From contig JARLJC010000108.1 of the NCBI GenBank assembly GCA_031291435.1, positions 6,852 through 70,851 on the forward strand: a stretch of 64,000 nucleotides of DNA. The letters are read 5' to 3'. Positions 27,072 to 35,626 of the stretch are shown here, in pieces. The notes under the pieces were generated by a model that worked only from the letters and a program-made list of their open reading frames with translations, ran no database searches and was not told where the DNA came from. Source of the stretch: Alphaproteobacteria bacterium (GTDB lineage Bacteria > Pseudomonadota > Alphaproteobacteria > UBA9219). Position numbers and translations under genes: made by a program. Numbering within the stretch: the stretch's first letter is position 1; the number at the start of each line of letters is the position of its first letter.

Positions 27072-29999
27072 ATGATGTTTTTTAAGAAATCTGCCGCCAC
27101 GGCCCCTGCAGAACCCAAACGGCGCTCGACCTTAGGGCTCCTGTTTAACCCCGAAATCGGTGCTTCCGTTCGCCCGTTGGCTCAGGCCGTCGAGATGTTT
27201 TCGACGCTGGTTGCCATGGTTCTGGCGATGAATGGGCTGTTTCCGAAGGATCATCCTAACCTGACCGGTGCGCCTGAAGGGCGCCTTGGTCTTAAGCAGG
27301 TAATGGTTGTCGCGTATCGCCGTTTGTCTTTCACGCGCGCTGGCCTGCCCAAAGTGGTGTTGTTTTTCGCCGTCGCCGGCATGATGGTTTTCTCGGCGCT
27401 TGCGCTGCTGACTTTTGCACTGACTTTGTTCGTCGGCCATGCTCACGCGCAGGCCGCCACTTGCGATACCGGCAGTATGTTCGCCGCCTGCAGCCAGGGA
27501 ACCGATCTGGCGCAAGGCTGGATGGATTTTCTGTTCAAGGGCAAACCGCTGCCTATATTCGTCGACACGAACGGTATTGCCGCTAATTATAGTAACGGCA
27601 TACAAGGCGCTCTGATTACGGCACTGGGTTTTTACAGCAGCGCCATTCTTGTGCTGGCGGCCATCATTCTCTTCTATCACTTGACCGTGATGATCGTGCA
27701 GACGGCCCATAGCGGCGTGCCCATGGGTCAGGCCAGCAAGCAGATCTGGGTTCCCATCCGTCTGGTGTTCGCCATTGGCCTTCTGGTGCCGATTAATAAC
27801 GGTCTCAGCAGCGGCCAGTTTATGGCGATTCAAATCGCCGAATGGGGTTCGGGGCTGGGCGATCAGGTCTGGAACCGCTTCGTCGACAATTTCGTAAAAG
27901 ATTCTTATGCAGCACCGCCCGCGCCGATACAGTTGGGACTGGCCAACGGCTTGGTCGAAAGTGCCGCTTGCATGAAGATGTTCAACGCTATAACCGACCG
28001 CGCGGCGGGGGCAAGTGGTCCTGCTTTTTCCGCTAATCACATTACACCCGTCCATTTCGGGCAAGCGCCCGGTGTCGAAGGCTATAATTTTGAATCGCAA
28101 ATCGGCGAAGAGCATGAATGCGGCGGTTATCAGGTAGGCCCTGCCGTCAATGGAACCGGCGTAGCGGCTACCTTAGGCAGTGCTGTGCATGCGGCGCAAA
28201 TGGCCGCGATGCAGGCCGCCTTCACCAAAGCGAAAGAAGATGTTGATGCCGCCATGGTTCCGGGGCCGGCTGATGCCGATGGAAATCCTACCTACGCGTT
28301 TCTTGACTCAGGCGCATCCAAACCAGCCTACATGAACGTCTTGGACGACGTCGCAAATACCTACCAGGACAGCATCAACAAGGGGCTGCTGGCGGCTACC
28401 CAGAATAGCTTCAAGGCGTCCGACAACACGGACTGGACAGCAATGGGGTGGGTATCTGCGGGTGCTTATCTGAACAGGGTAGCTGGAGACGAAGCTGCTA
28501 TTAACGACAGTGTGCGGGCGAGTGGTACGCCCAGTACCATTCCGGCGACCCTCAAATCCTTTCGTGGCAGTTGGAGCGATCCGGCGAGTAACTACAAGTC
28601 GGCGCAAAAGGGGATTACTGGCCTTATGGATTGGGCTCATCTGGCATCGGGCTATGTTACAGCCAATACCCAGGTTACCGGTTCGGCATCGTGCAACAAT
28701 AATGTGTTTGAGCAGTTCATGAATGCCAAGGCTCATTTCGGCACCTCCATGGTCGACGATATGTTCATGATCGCCGATTATGAAGCGGCAGCCAATTGCG
28801 TCTGGCGACCCTATGTCGAAGGCAGCACGTCACCTCAGTTAGGGCTGCAATTGACCAGCGGCGATCCTTTTACAGAAATGGTTCGTCTTGGCCATGCAAA
28901 TCTGAATACGGCCTATGATATTCTTAACAGCGTGATAGCTATTGAACTAGTTGCCGGTGGCTCAGACGGCATGGGAGAATTCTTGCAGCAATCCGTGGCC
29001 AACGATAAGGGATTTGGGCCCTTTGTCGGGACCGTAACGGGTGGTACCTTTAAATTGGCCGGCGCGGCCGCCAGGGTAATCGGCGGGGTGCTGAGCTTTC
29101 TCGGTCTGGTTTTCTTTGTCGCCGGATTTACGCTGGCCTATTTTCTGCCGCTTATTCCGTTTATACGTTTCTTTTTCGGCACCCTGACCTGGGTCGTTAT
29201 GGTTATGGAATCGGTCGTGATGATTCCTCTCGTGGCGCTCGCTCATTTAAGCCCGGAAGGCGAAGGCTTGCCCGGGGCCAATGCCAAAGCTTCTTATTAC
29301 TTCCTTTTCAATATCATGCTGCGCCCGGCTTTGATGGTGTTCGGCCTGATCTGTGGGTTGTTGGTATTCATGGCAGCGGTGTTCTTTATGAACAAACTCT
29401 ATGGCCTAGCGATTACCCCGACCACTGTGGGTGATGTGCATCCCTTCATGTCGCATCTGGTTTTCAGTGTCCTGTATGTCGCGCTGCTTTATATTGCGGC
29501 AAATAATTCGTTTAAACTTGTGAATACTTTCTCTGATCACGCAATGTCCTGGATGGGTGGGCAGGCCGCGCCCAAGGAATCGATCGGCGAAGCCGAACAT
29601 CTGGGGCAGTCTATCTCGCTGGTATCCGGCTATGCTGGCCAGCAGATGTTCACCCAGCTTACGCAGGGTGCGCAAGCCGGGGGTAAGGCATTGGGCGGCG
29701 TATTAGGTGGTACTGGCAAAGTGATTGGCAAACACAGGGGTAACGTACAGAGCGGCAACGCAGCTCTTTCAGCTTTTAATGGTGCTGAATTTGAATCGCA
29801 GATGAAGGGTTATACACATTGGGGCGCGAACGGAAAGAAGCTACCGAATAATACGGTCCGCCCCATTCCTCCTGCGAGTGCGACGGACGATGGTTTCTAT
29901 AAATCTGGAAAAAGCATGCTAGGCGATAGCTCAGCGGCCCCTGCGACGGGTTCGCCGCCCGCATCGACTCCCGATGAGGGTGGGGATGCCGGTACCTGA
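27072..29999 (+). CDS. Polytopic membrane protein, tentatively DotA/TraY family
   Basis: 975 aa with AAGGAGAGG before the ATG. It has an N-terminal TM cluster, a soluble central domain of about 370 aa and a C-terminal TM cluster. The motif MIVQTAHSGVPMGQASKQIWVPIRLVFAIGLLVP resembles the DotA/TraY signature as I remember it. Confidence 0.5.
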   Translation: MMFFKKSAATAPAEPKRRSTLGLLFNPEIGASVRPLAQAVEMFSTLVAMVLAMNGLFPKDHPNLTGAPEGRLGLKQVMVVAYRRLSFTRAGLPKVVLFFAVAGMMVFSALALLTFALTLFVGHAHAQAATCDTGSMFAACSQGTDLAQGWMDFLFKGKPLPIFVDTNGIAANYSNGIQGALITALGFYSSAILVLAAIILFYHLTVMIVQTAHSGVPMGQASKQIWVPIRLVFAIGLLVPINNGLSSGQFMAIQIAEWGSGLGDQVWNRFVDNFVKDSYAAPPAPIQLGLANGLVESAACMKMFNAITDRAAGASGPAFSANHITPVHFGQAPGVEGYNFESQIGEEHECGGYQVGPAVNGTGVAATLGSAVHAAQMAAMQAAFTKAKEDVDAAMVPGPADADGNPTYAFLDSGASKPAYMNVLDDVANTYQDSINKGLLAATQNSFKASDNTDWTAMGWVSAGAYLNRVAGDEAAINDSVRASGTPSTIPATLKSFRGSWSDPASNYKSAQKGITGLMDWAHLASGYVTANTQVTGSASCNNNVFEQFMNAKAHFGTSMVDDMFMIADYEAAANCVWRPYVEGSTSPQLGLQLTSGDPFTEMVRLGHANLNTAYDILNSVIAIELVAGGSDGMGEFLQQSVANDKGFGPFVGTVTGGTFKLAGAAARVIGGVLSFLGLVFFVAGFTLAYFLPLIPFIRFFFGTLTWVVMVMESVVMIPLVALAHLSPEGEGLPGANAKASYYFLFNIMLRPALMVFGLICGLLVFMAAVFFMNKLYGLAITPTTVGDVHPFMSHLVFSVLYVALLYIAANNSFKLVNTFSDHAMSWMGGQAAPKESIGEAEHLGQSISLVSGYAGQQMFTQLTQGAQAGGKALGGVLGGTGKVIGKHRGNVQSGNAALSAFNGAEFESQMKGYTHWGANGKKLPNNTVRPIPPASATDDGFYKSGKSMLGDSSAAPATGSPPASTPDEGGDAGT

Positions 30000-30081
30000 G
30001 CGGAATAGCTGAGATTTGTTACTGTCCCCGTTCAACTCTTTTAATGCGTGATTGTCTGTCGTACTCAGGCAAAACGCAGTT

Positions 30082-31716
30082 CTAGCCGCCCGGAGTGAAA
30101 GCTGGTGCTGTCGCATAGACGGTTTGCGTGTTATTCTGCTGGGCTCGCGGAAGGGGACCCACGGCGCCTACTGGAACATAACCGCTTTGTGTAGTGACCT
30201 GACCATCACTGCCATAAGTCAGAAATGATACGGCGCAGAATGGCGCGGCGCAGCTCTCGACGTGAACCATTGTATTTTTCAGAAGTGTAAAGGCCCTATG
30301 CTGAGGGCTGCTGTCTCCGAAAACAGCGGTATCATCAAGGAGCGTTGCATAGCTGTTGTTGACGACCTTTGTCTTGCCGTGCAGGTCACGCTTCAGATTA
30401 TCGCTTGCGGCTGTTTGCAGATCGTTGGAGACCTGAGTCAATTCAGCTTGCGCCGTCATAAGTCTCTCATCATCAACTTTGCTTAGCCAGCCAGAAACGG
30501 TTTTGCCGTTTTGCAGATAGGTAACGCCCATATAGCCATTCTTTTCCACGAGTGTTCGGGTAGCGGCATCAGCGGTTTCTATCTGGCACACAGCATTGCC
30601 CCCTGGTGCCGCTAGAAGAGCAATCGGCACTGCAGGACTAACATAAGCAGTGACGCCCAGAGCCGGGCTTTGCCGCACGAATAGGGCCGCATTGGTTGGC
30701 TGGATGGCGCAGTTAGGCAGCGACTCTACAGAGATGGCGACAGGCGCCGCTATAGCTGAAGCAGCGGGAATTGAAACCGTCGATGGCTTGGTCGCTGCCG
30801 CGGGGGCCGGCGTAACCGGCGCGGCCACGGGTGCCGTTGTTGTCGATATCGCCGGAGTTGGGGAATTATCAGGAGCTTTGACGGGCTGGTTTTGTGGGAT
30901 CGTGCTGGCAGCACCAAGCATTAATAACCCAGCGCCCAAGCTGCCGAATGCGGCTTTAGGGCCTAGTTCCCAAACGCCTTTGGCGAATAGCGCGCTAATC
31001 CCAAGGGTACCCCAGATAGCTGCCGGAGCCGGAATGGCCCAACCTGCATAGCCAAAAAAAGACCCCAGGGGACCGACACTCTGCCCGACCAGATTGACGA
31101 GAGCAAAGCCACACACACCAGCGGCAGCGACTTCAAAAACTCTCAAGATAGGGGTTTTGAGGTCCACTTTTGTTGCGCGCGGAGCCGGAGCCTTGCCGCC
31201 TATCGAACCCGCGGGGCGCTGCTGTGGGCTGGCTTGCTGGGGGCCCGGTTGCGCGGCTGGTTGTTGTGGCGTAGTGCCTGGCTGTGCGCCTGATGTGCCG
31301 GGACCAGGCGCAGGGGTCGCGGGTTGCGCCGGTTGTGCTCCCTGCTTCTGTTCTTCCGCGATGATGTAGTTCGCGGCCCGATCAGGCATTGGTTGCAGGC
31401 GATCTCGAAGTCTCTCCATGTATTTAAGAGCCCCGGGCACGTCGTTAATCGTGGCATTTGGAGCGACAATGCGTTGGCGAACATTATCAGATTCTATTTT
31501 AAGCTTACCGGCAATTTGGTCGGCGAGAGGTTGCGGGTATTTCTGGCGCTCGTTTTTCTGTATTGTCTGCGCAAGAGCATCCATATCATTGACGAGGACT
31601 GTAGTGTTTGCGCGGACGGTATCCATATTGGAGAGGCGTTGAATAACGTCAATCTTGGTCAGGATGATCGTCAAATCGATGCTCAATCGTCCTTTGATTT
31701 TATCGCTCTCCGCCAT
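30082..31716 (-). CDS. Orphan membrane protein C (cytoplasmic N-domain, Pro/Gln linker, TM bundle, two SH3b-like C-terminal modules)
   Basis: 544 aa. TM region VAAAGVCGFALVNLVG...WAIPAPAAIWGTLGISALFA...LGAGLLMLGAA. Pro/Ala/Thr linker. SH3b-like endings ...YLQNGKTVSGWLSKV and ...GQVTTQSGYVPVGAV. Confidence 0.65.
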   Translation of the reverse strand: MAESDKIKGRLSIDLTIILTKIDVIQRLSNMDTVRANTTVLVNDMDALAQTIQKNERQKYPQPLADQIAGKLKIESDNVRQRIVAPNATINDVPGALKYMERLRDRLQPMPDRAANYIIAEEQKQGAQPAQPATPAPGPGTSGAQPGTTPQQPAAQPGPQQASPQQRPAGSIGGKAPAPRATKVDLKTPILRVFEVAAAGVCGFALVNLVGQSVGPLGSFFGYAGWAIPAPAAIWGTLGISALFAKGVWELGPKAAFGSLGAGLLMLGAASTIPQNQPVKAPDNSPTPAISTTTAPVAAPVTPAPAAATKPSTVSIPAASAIAAPVAISVESLPNCAIQPTNAALFVRQSPALGVTAYVSPAVPIALLAAPGGNAVCQIETADAATRTLVEKNGYMGVTYLQNGKTVSGWLSKVDDERLMTAQAELTQVSNDLQTAASDNLKRDLHGKTKVVNNSYATLLDDTAVFGDSSPQHRAFTLLKNTMVHVESCAAPFCAVSFLTYGSDGQVTTQSGYVPVGAVGPLPRAQQNNTQTVYATAPAFTPGG

Positions 31717-31742
31717 ATGAAAAACCTCTCCGCCATATGAAA
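31706..31742. repeat. 17-bp direct repeat, period 20, spanning the start codon of the 544-aa gene
   Basis: ctctccgccatatgaaa occurs at 31706-31722 and again at 31726-31742. On the coding strand, the upstream copy supplies GGAGAGG 10 nt before the used ATG. Confidence 0.8.
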
Positions 31743-31954
31743 TATGCTTAAATTGTTGGGGGATTTTAACCGATGGGTCTTTAATTATCCATTACGTATT
31801 TAGTTTCTCTTTGATTTCACGGTTCATCGCCATGCCGTCATTCTTTCTTAACCATAAACGGCCTGCTCAAGACCCATGTCCTTAAGAGCTTATTAATCGT
31901 GCCCCTGCATAGGCGGCTGGCCAAAATGCCACAGCCTCGAAATCTATCGGCCAC

Positions 31955-31968
31955 TTGATCTGGATCAT
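31955..31968. promoter_or_regulatory. FNR/FixK-type box upstream of ompW (one mismatch)
   Basis: TTGATctggATCAt, centred about 62 nt upstream of the ompW ATG. Confidence 0.5.
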
Positions 31969-32023
31969 CCCGCGCCGCGCGGCCGCTCCCTAGGGTGAAA
32001 AAAATAACTCAGGGAGAAAGATC

Positions 32024-32674
32024 ATGCGCGTTAACAAAGCAATTCTGGTGGCAGGCGTCATGGCGGTTGCATCCATCGCCCCCGTTCATGCCGATGAAGC
32101 CTATAAAGGCTTTCAGGCCGGCGATATCATGGTGCGCGGGCGCATGCTGGCGGTGATACCGGATGTCAGCAGCTCGGTCTCGGGTATCGGCGGCAGCGTC
32201 GATGCGTCGAACTCGCTGGTGCCGGAAGTCGATGCCAGTTATTTCTTCACGCCCAATTTCGCGGTCGAAGGCATCGCCGCCGTGACGCGCCACCATCTGC
32301 GCGACAAAGGGTCGAGCGCGGGCGATGTCGATCTCGGCCATGTCAGCCTGTTGCCGCCGACCCTCACCGGCCAATGGCACTTCATGCCCGATCAGGCTTT
32401 CAGCCCCTATGTCGGCGCGGGCGTGAATTACACGGTCTTCTTCGATGCCCAGACGGCGCCGGGCAGCATCGCGCACACGGTCAAATATCGCGACGGTTTC
32501 GGCGGCGCGGTTCAGGCCGGCTTCGACTATCATCTGGCGGGCAACTGGTACGCCAATGTCGACGTCAAGCATCTGTTTCTGTCGACCAAGGCCAAGATCA
32601 ATGGCGGCGCGGTCGAGAGCAACGTATCGCTCGACCCCACCATTGTCGGCGTTGGCATCGGTTACAAATTCTGA
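32024..32674 (+). CDS. ompW: OmpW-family outer membrane protein
   Basis: 216 aa. Signal peptide ...IAPVHA|DE, an 8-strand barrel pattern and the terminal GIGYKF. Confidence 0.88.
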   Translation: MRVNKAILVAGVMAVASIAPVHADEAYKGFQAGDIMVRGRMLAVIPDVSSSVSGIGGSVDASNSLVPEVDASYFFTPNFAVEGIAAVTRHHLRDKGSSAGDVDLGHVSLLPPTLTGQWHFMPDQAFSPYVGAGVNYTVFFDAQTAPGSIAHTVKYRDGFGGAVQAGFDYHLAGNWYANVDVKHLFLSTKAKINGGAVESNVSLDPTIVGVGIGYKF

Positions 32675-32706
32675 GGGATGAGGTTGCGGCGGTCTGGGTG
32701 AAAAAC

Positions 32707-34050
32707 CTAGGCCGCCCGTGACGCCAGCATCGGCGAACCGGGCGTGTAAGCATCGAACAGCGAACATATAACGCGTACCGCCATGCGATGCGGCGTGGTC
32801 AGGCATAACGCATAACCGTCGCGCGCGACGATGCCGCCTTTCTCGAAGGGCTTCATTTTTTCCAGCGTCGCTGCGAAAGTTTCGACCGGATAATCGAAGG
32901 CGCGGCATATCGCTTCGATATCGCAGGACAGGCTGCACATCAGCTGTCCGATGATGGCGCGGCGCACGCGGTCTTCGCGCGAAAGAAGAAAGCCGCGATG
33001 CACCGGCAGATCGCCCCCGGCGACAGCGGATTGATAGGCACGTTCGTCGCGTTCGTTCTGGAAATAGCCCGCTTCCGTCTGGCTGATCGACGAAGCGCCG
33101 AAACCGAGCAGCGTTCCCGCCTCTTCCATATAACCCTGGAACCCGCGATGCAGATGCCCGGCGCGCCAGGCCTGCGCCAGACTGTCGCCGTAACGCGCGA
33201 AATGGTCGATGCCGATGGCTTCATAGCCCCGGCTGACAAGGATGCCGCGCGCGGCCTGATCCATCGCCAGACGCTGGCCCATATCGGGGATGCCGTGCGG
33301 CTCAAGGGCTTTCTGATGTTTCTTAAGGGCGGGCACATGGGCATAGGCGAATAACGCGATGCGGTCAGGGGAAAGATCGGCGGCGCGCCGACAGGTATCG
33401 GTGAGGATCCCCACCGTCTGTCTGGGCAGGCCATAAAGAAGATCGAAATTGATGTGATGTATGCCCGCCGCGCGCAACTGGGCGCATAAAGCCGCGACCA
33501 TTTCATAAGGCTGCACACGACCGATGGCGGCCTGCACGCCGGGATCGAAATCCTGCACGCCGAGGCTGACGCGGGTGACGCCGCAGGCCGCCAGATTTGC
33601 GACCTGTTCGCGCGAAGCCAGGCGCGGGTCGAGTTCCATGGCGATTTCGCGGATGGCGGAGAAATCGAATTGCGCGCGCAAATGCTCGAACAGCCCGAGC
33701 ATATCGGATGCGGGCAGGGCATTGGGTGTGCCGCCGCCGAAATGCAGGCTGGACAAAGCGCGCCGTCCGGTAATCGCCGCGACAAGGGATATTTCGCGTT
33801 TCAGCGCCTCCATATAAGCGTGGATGCGTTGCGGGCGGTTGGTAATCAGGGTGTTGCAGCCGCAATAGAGGCATAGATGGCGGCAGAAAGGGATGTGGAT
33901 ATAGACGGAAACCGCCTGTCCCGCTGGGATTTCCTGCAGGGAGCGGCGGTAATCCGCGGCGCCTGCCTCGGCATGGAAAAAGGGCGCGGGCGGATAGCTG
34001 GTATAACGCGGCGCGGGCTTGCCGAGCCAGAGGGCGGTGGAGGCTTGCAT
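32707..34050 (-). CDS. hemN: Oxygen-independent coproporphyrinogen III oxidase (radical SAM)
   Basis: 447 aa. PRYTSYPPAPFF N-terminus, CxxxCxxC (CRHLCLYC) and HemN-length C-terminal domains. Confidence 0.9.
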   Translation of the reverse strand: MQASTALWLGKPAPRYTSYPPAPFFHAEAGAADYRRSLQEIPAGQAVSVYIHIPFCRHLCLYCGCNTLITNRPQRIHAYMEALKREISLVAAITGRRALSSLHFGGGTPNALPASDMLGLFEHLRAQFDFSAIREIAMELDPRLASREQVANLAACGVTRVSLGVQDFDPGVQAAIGRVQPYEMVAALCAQLRAAGIHHINFDLLYGLPRQTVGILTDTCRRAADLSPDRIALFAYAHVPALKKHQKALEPHGIPDMGQRLAMDQAARGILVSRGYEAIGIDHFARYGDSLAQAWRAGHLHRGFQGYMEEAGTLLGFGASSISQTEAGYFQNERDERAYQSAVAGGDLPVHRGFLLSREDRVRRAIIGQLMCSLSCDIEAICRAFDYPVETFAATLEKMKPFEKGGIVARDGYALCLTTPHRMAVRVICSLFDAYTPGSPMLASRAA

Positions 34051-34085
34051 GCTGCGGTCTTTACCAGCATCGACAGGATTTGCGT

Positions 34086-34099
34086 TTGAGCCAGATCAA
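34086..34099. promoter_or_regulatory. FNR/FixK-type box in the hemN / crp-fnr divergent region (one mismatch)
   Basis: TTGAGccagATCAA, about 42 nt upstream of the hemN ATG and about 47 nt upstream of the regulator ATG. Confidence 0.5.
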
Positions 34100-34139
34100 G
34101 TCTTAGGTTACATAAAGGTCAACCTGTGGCGGACCCGAT

Positions 34140-34901
34140 ATGGATTTGGACGTTTCCTCGATTGATGCGCTTGCCGCATTGCCCCTGTTTCAGGGGGTTG
34201 AACCTGCTTTGCTGCAGGGCTTGCTGGCGACCGCGCGTTTCGTCCGCCATGAGAAAGGCGCCGTTTTTCTGGCGCAGGATCAGCCGGTGACGCGCTTCTA
34301 TGTGGTCGTCGAAGGCTGGTGCGCAGCCGCCAAGGGTAATGCCGAAGGACAGGAAACCATCCTGCAGATTTTCCGGCGCGGCGATTTCCTGCCCGAACCC
34401 GACCGCGACGCCGGCGACGAACCCAGCCCGCTCAATCTGCTGGCGCTGACGCCCTGCGTGCTGCTGATGCTGCCGCCCAGCATCGTTCGCAACGCCCTTG
34501 ATCGCTCGCCCGCTTTCGCGGCCAATATGCTGGCGGCCGCGGTGCGGCGGTCGCAGGAATTGCGCGACCATATCGAGCAATTGACGCTGCGCAACGCCGA
34601 GCAGCGCATCGGGCGCTTTCTGCTTCAGGTGCGGTTCGGCGCCGATCAGGAAGGCAAGGATATCGTTCTGCCGTTCGACAAATCGCATATCGCGTCCTAT
34701 CTCGGCATCAAGCCGGAGACTTTGTCGCGCACCTTGCAGTTCTTCAAGGAAAACGGCTTCGTGGTCGAGCGCAACCACCTCATCATCCCCGACCGGCAGG
34801 CTTTGTGCGATTACTGCGATTCTACGACCATGAAAATCTGCCGCTTCGCCCATGGCGAAGATTGCGTGCATTCGTCCCATGGCGACGCCGCGACCCTTTA
34901 A
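34140..34901 (+). CDS. Crp/Fnr-family transcriptional regulator (no N-terminal Cys cluster; C-terminal Cys-rich tail)
   Basis: 253 aa with a cNMP-binding-like barrel. HTH: SHIASYLGIKPETLSRTLQFF. The C-terminal extension ALCDYCDSTTMKICRFAHGEDCVHSSHG carries 4 Cys. Confidence 0.85.
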   Translation: MDLDVSSIDALAALPLFQGVEPALLQGLLATARFVRHEKGAVFLAQDQPVTRFYVVVEGWCAAAKGNAEGQETILQIFRRGDFLPEPDRDAGDEPSPLNLLALTPCVLLMLPPSIVRNALDRSPAFAANMLAAAVRRSQELRDHIEQLTLRNAEQRIGRFLLQVRFGADQEGKDIVLPFDKSHIASYLGIKPETLSRTLQFFKENGFVVERNHLIIPDRQALCDYCDSTTMKICRFAHGEDCVHSSHGDAATL

Positions 34902-34924
34902 TTCGCACCGAGAATCGCCAGGGT

Positions 34925-34938
34925 TTGATCTAAATCAA
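34925..34938. promoter_or_regulatory. Perfect FNR/FixK box TTGAT-N4-ATCAA
   Basis: TTGATctaaATCAA lies 17 nt upstream of the first ATG (34955) and 62 nt upstream of the alternative TTG start (35000) of the first 2OG-oxygenase gene. Confidence 0.65.
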
Positions 34939-34954
34939 GGCGCGGCCGCCGCGA

Positions 34955-35626
34955 ATGGCGTTTGTAAGATGTCAGGAAAACGCATCTCACGGGGACGCCT
35001 TGCTCAATCTCGATGCCTTGAAAGCAGCGCCGGTCACGACCGAGCCCTTCCCTTACATGGCGGCGTCGAACGCCGTCGAGTCCGGAGCTTTACGCGCCAT
35101 CTCCGCCGATTTTCCCCCTATCGACAAACCGGGCGTCTTTCCGCTGTCGGAAATCGATTACGGCGGCGCATTCGCGCAATTGATTGAAGATGTGCAGGGG
35201 GCGGATCTGGAAGTACTGCTGGAAGAAAAATTCGGCATGTCTTTGTCGGACAAACCGCTGATGATCACCGTGCGCGGCATGTGCCAGAAAAAAGACGGGC
35301 GCATCCATACCGACTCGAAAGATAAAATTCTCACCTGCCTTCTCTATCTTAATGATGCTGGATGGAGCGCCGAAGGCGGGCGGCTGCGTCTGCTGCGCGA
35401 CGGGCGCGATCTTGACAGCACGATCGCCGAGATACCGCCCGACGGCGGCAATTTCGTCGCTTTCAAACGTACCGATCATTCGTGGCACGGCCATGCGCCG
35501 TTCGAAGGGCCGCGCCGCTATATCATGTTCAACTGGGTGCGGTCCGATCTGGCGCTCGCCAAAAATATCGGACGGCACAAACTTTCCGCGGCTTTCAAAC
35601 GCATGGGGATTTTCGATGGCTATTAA
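34955..35626 (+). CDS. 2OG-Fe(II) oxygenase superfamily protein
   Basis: 223 aa. The true start may be the TTG at 35000, after GGGGA. HxD (HTD in GRIHTDSKD) plus a distal His (HSWHGH), as expected for a jelly-roll oxygenase. Confidence 0.75.
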   Translation: MAFVRCQENASHGDALLNLDALKAAPVTTEPFPYMAASNAVESGALRAISADFPPIDKPGVFPLSEIDYGGAFAQLIEDVQGADLEVLLEEKFGMSLSDKPLMITVRGMCQKKDGRIHTDSKDKILTCLLYLNDAGWSAEGGRLRLLRDGRDLDSTIAEIPPDGGNFVAFKRTDHSWHGHAPFEGPRRYIMFNWVRSDLALAKNIGRHKLSAAFKRMGIFDGY

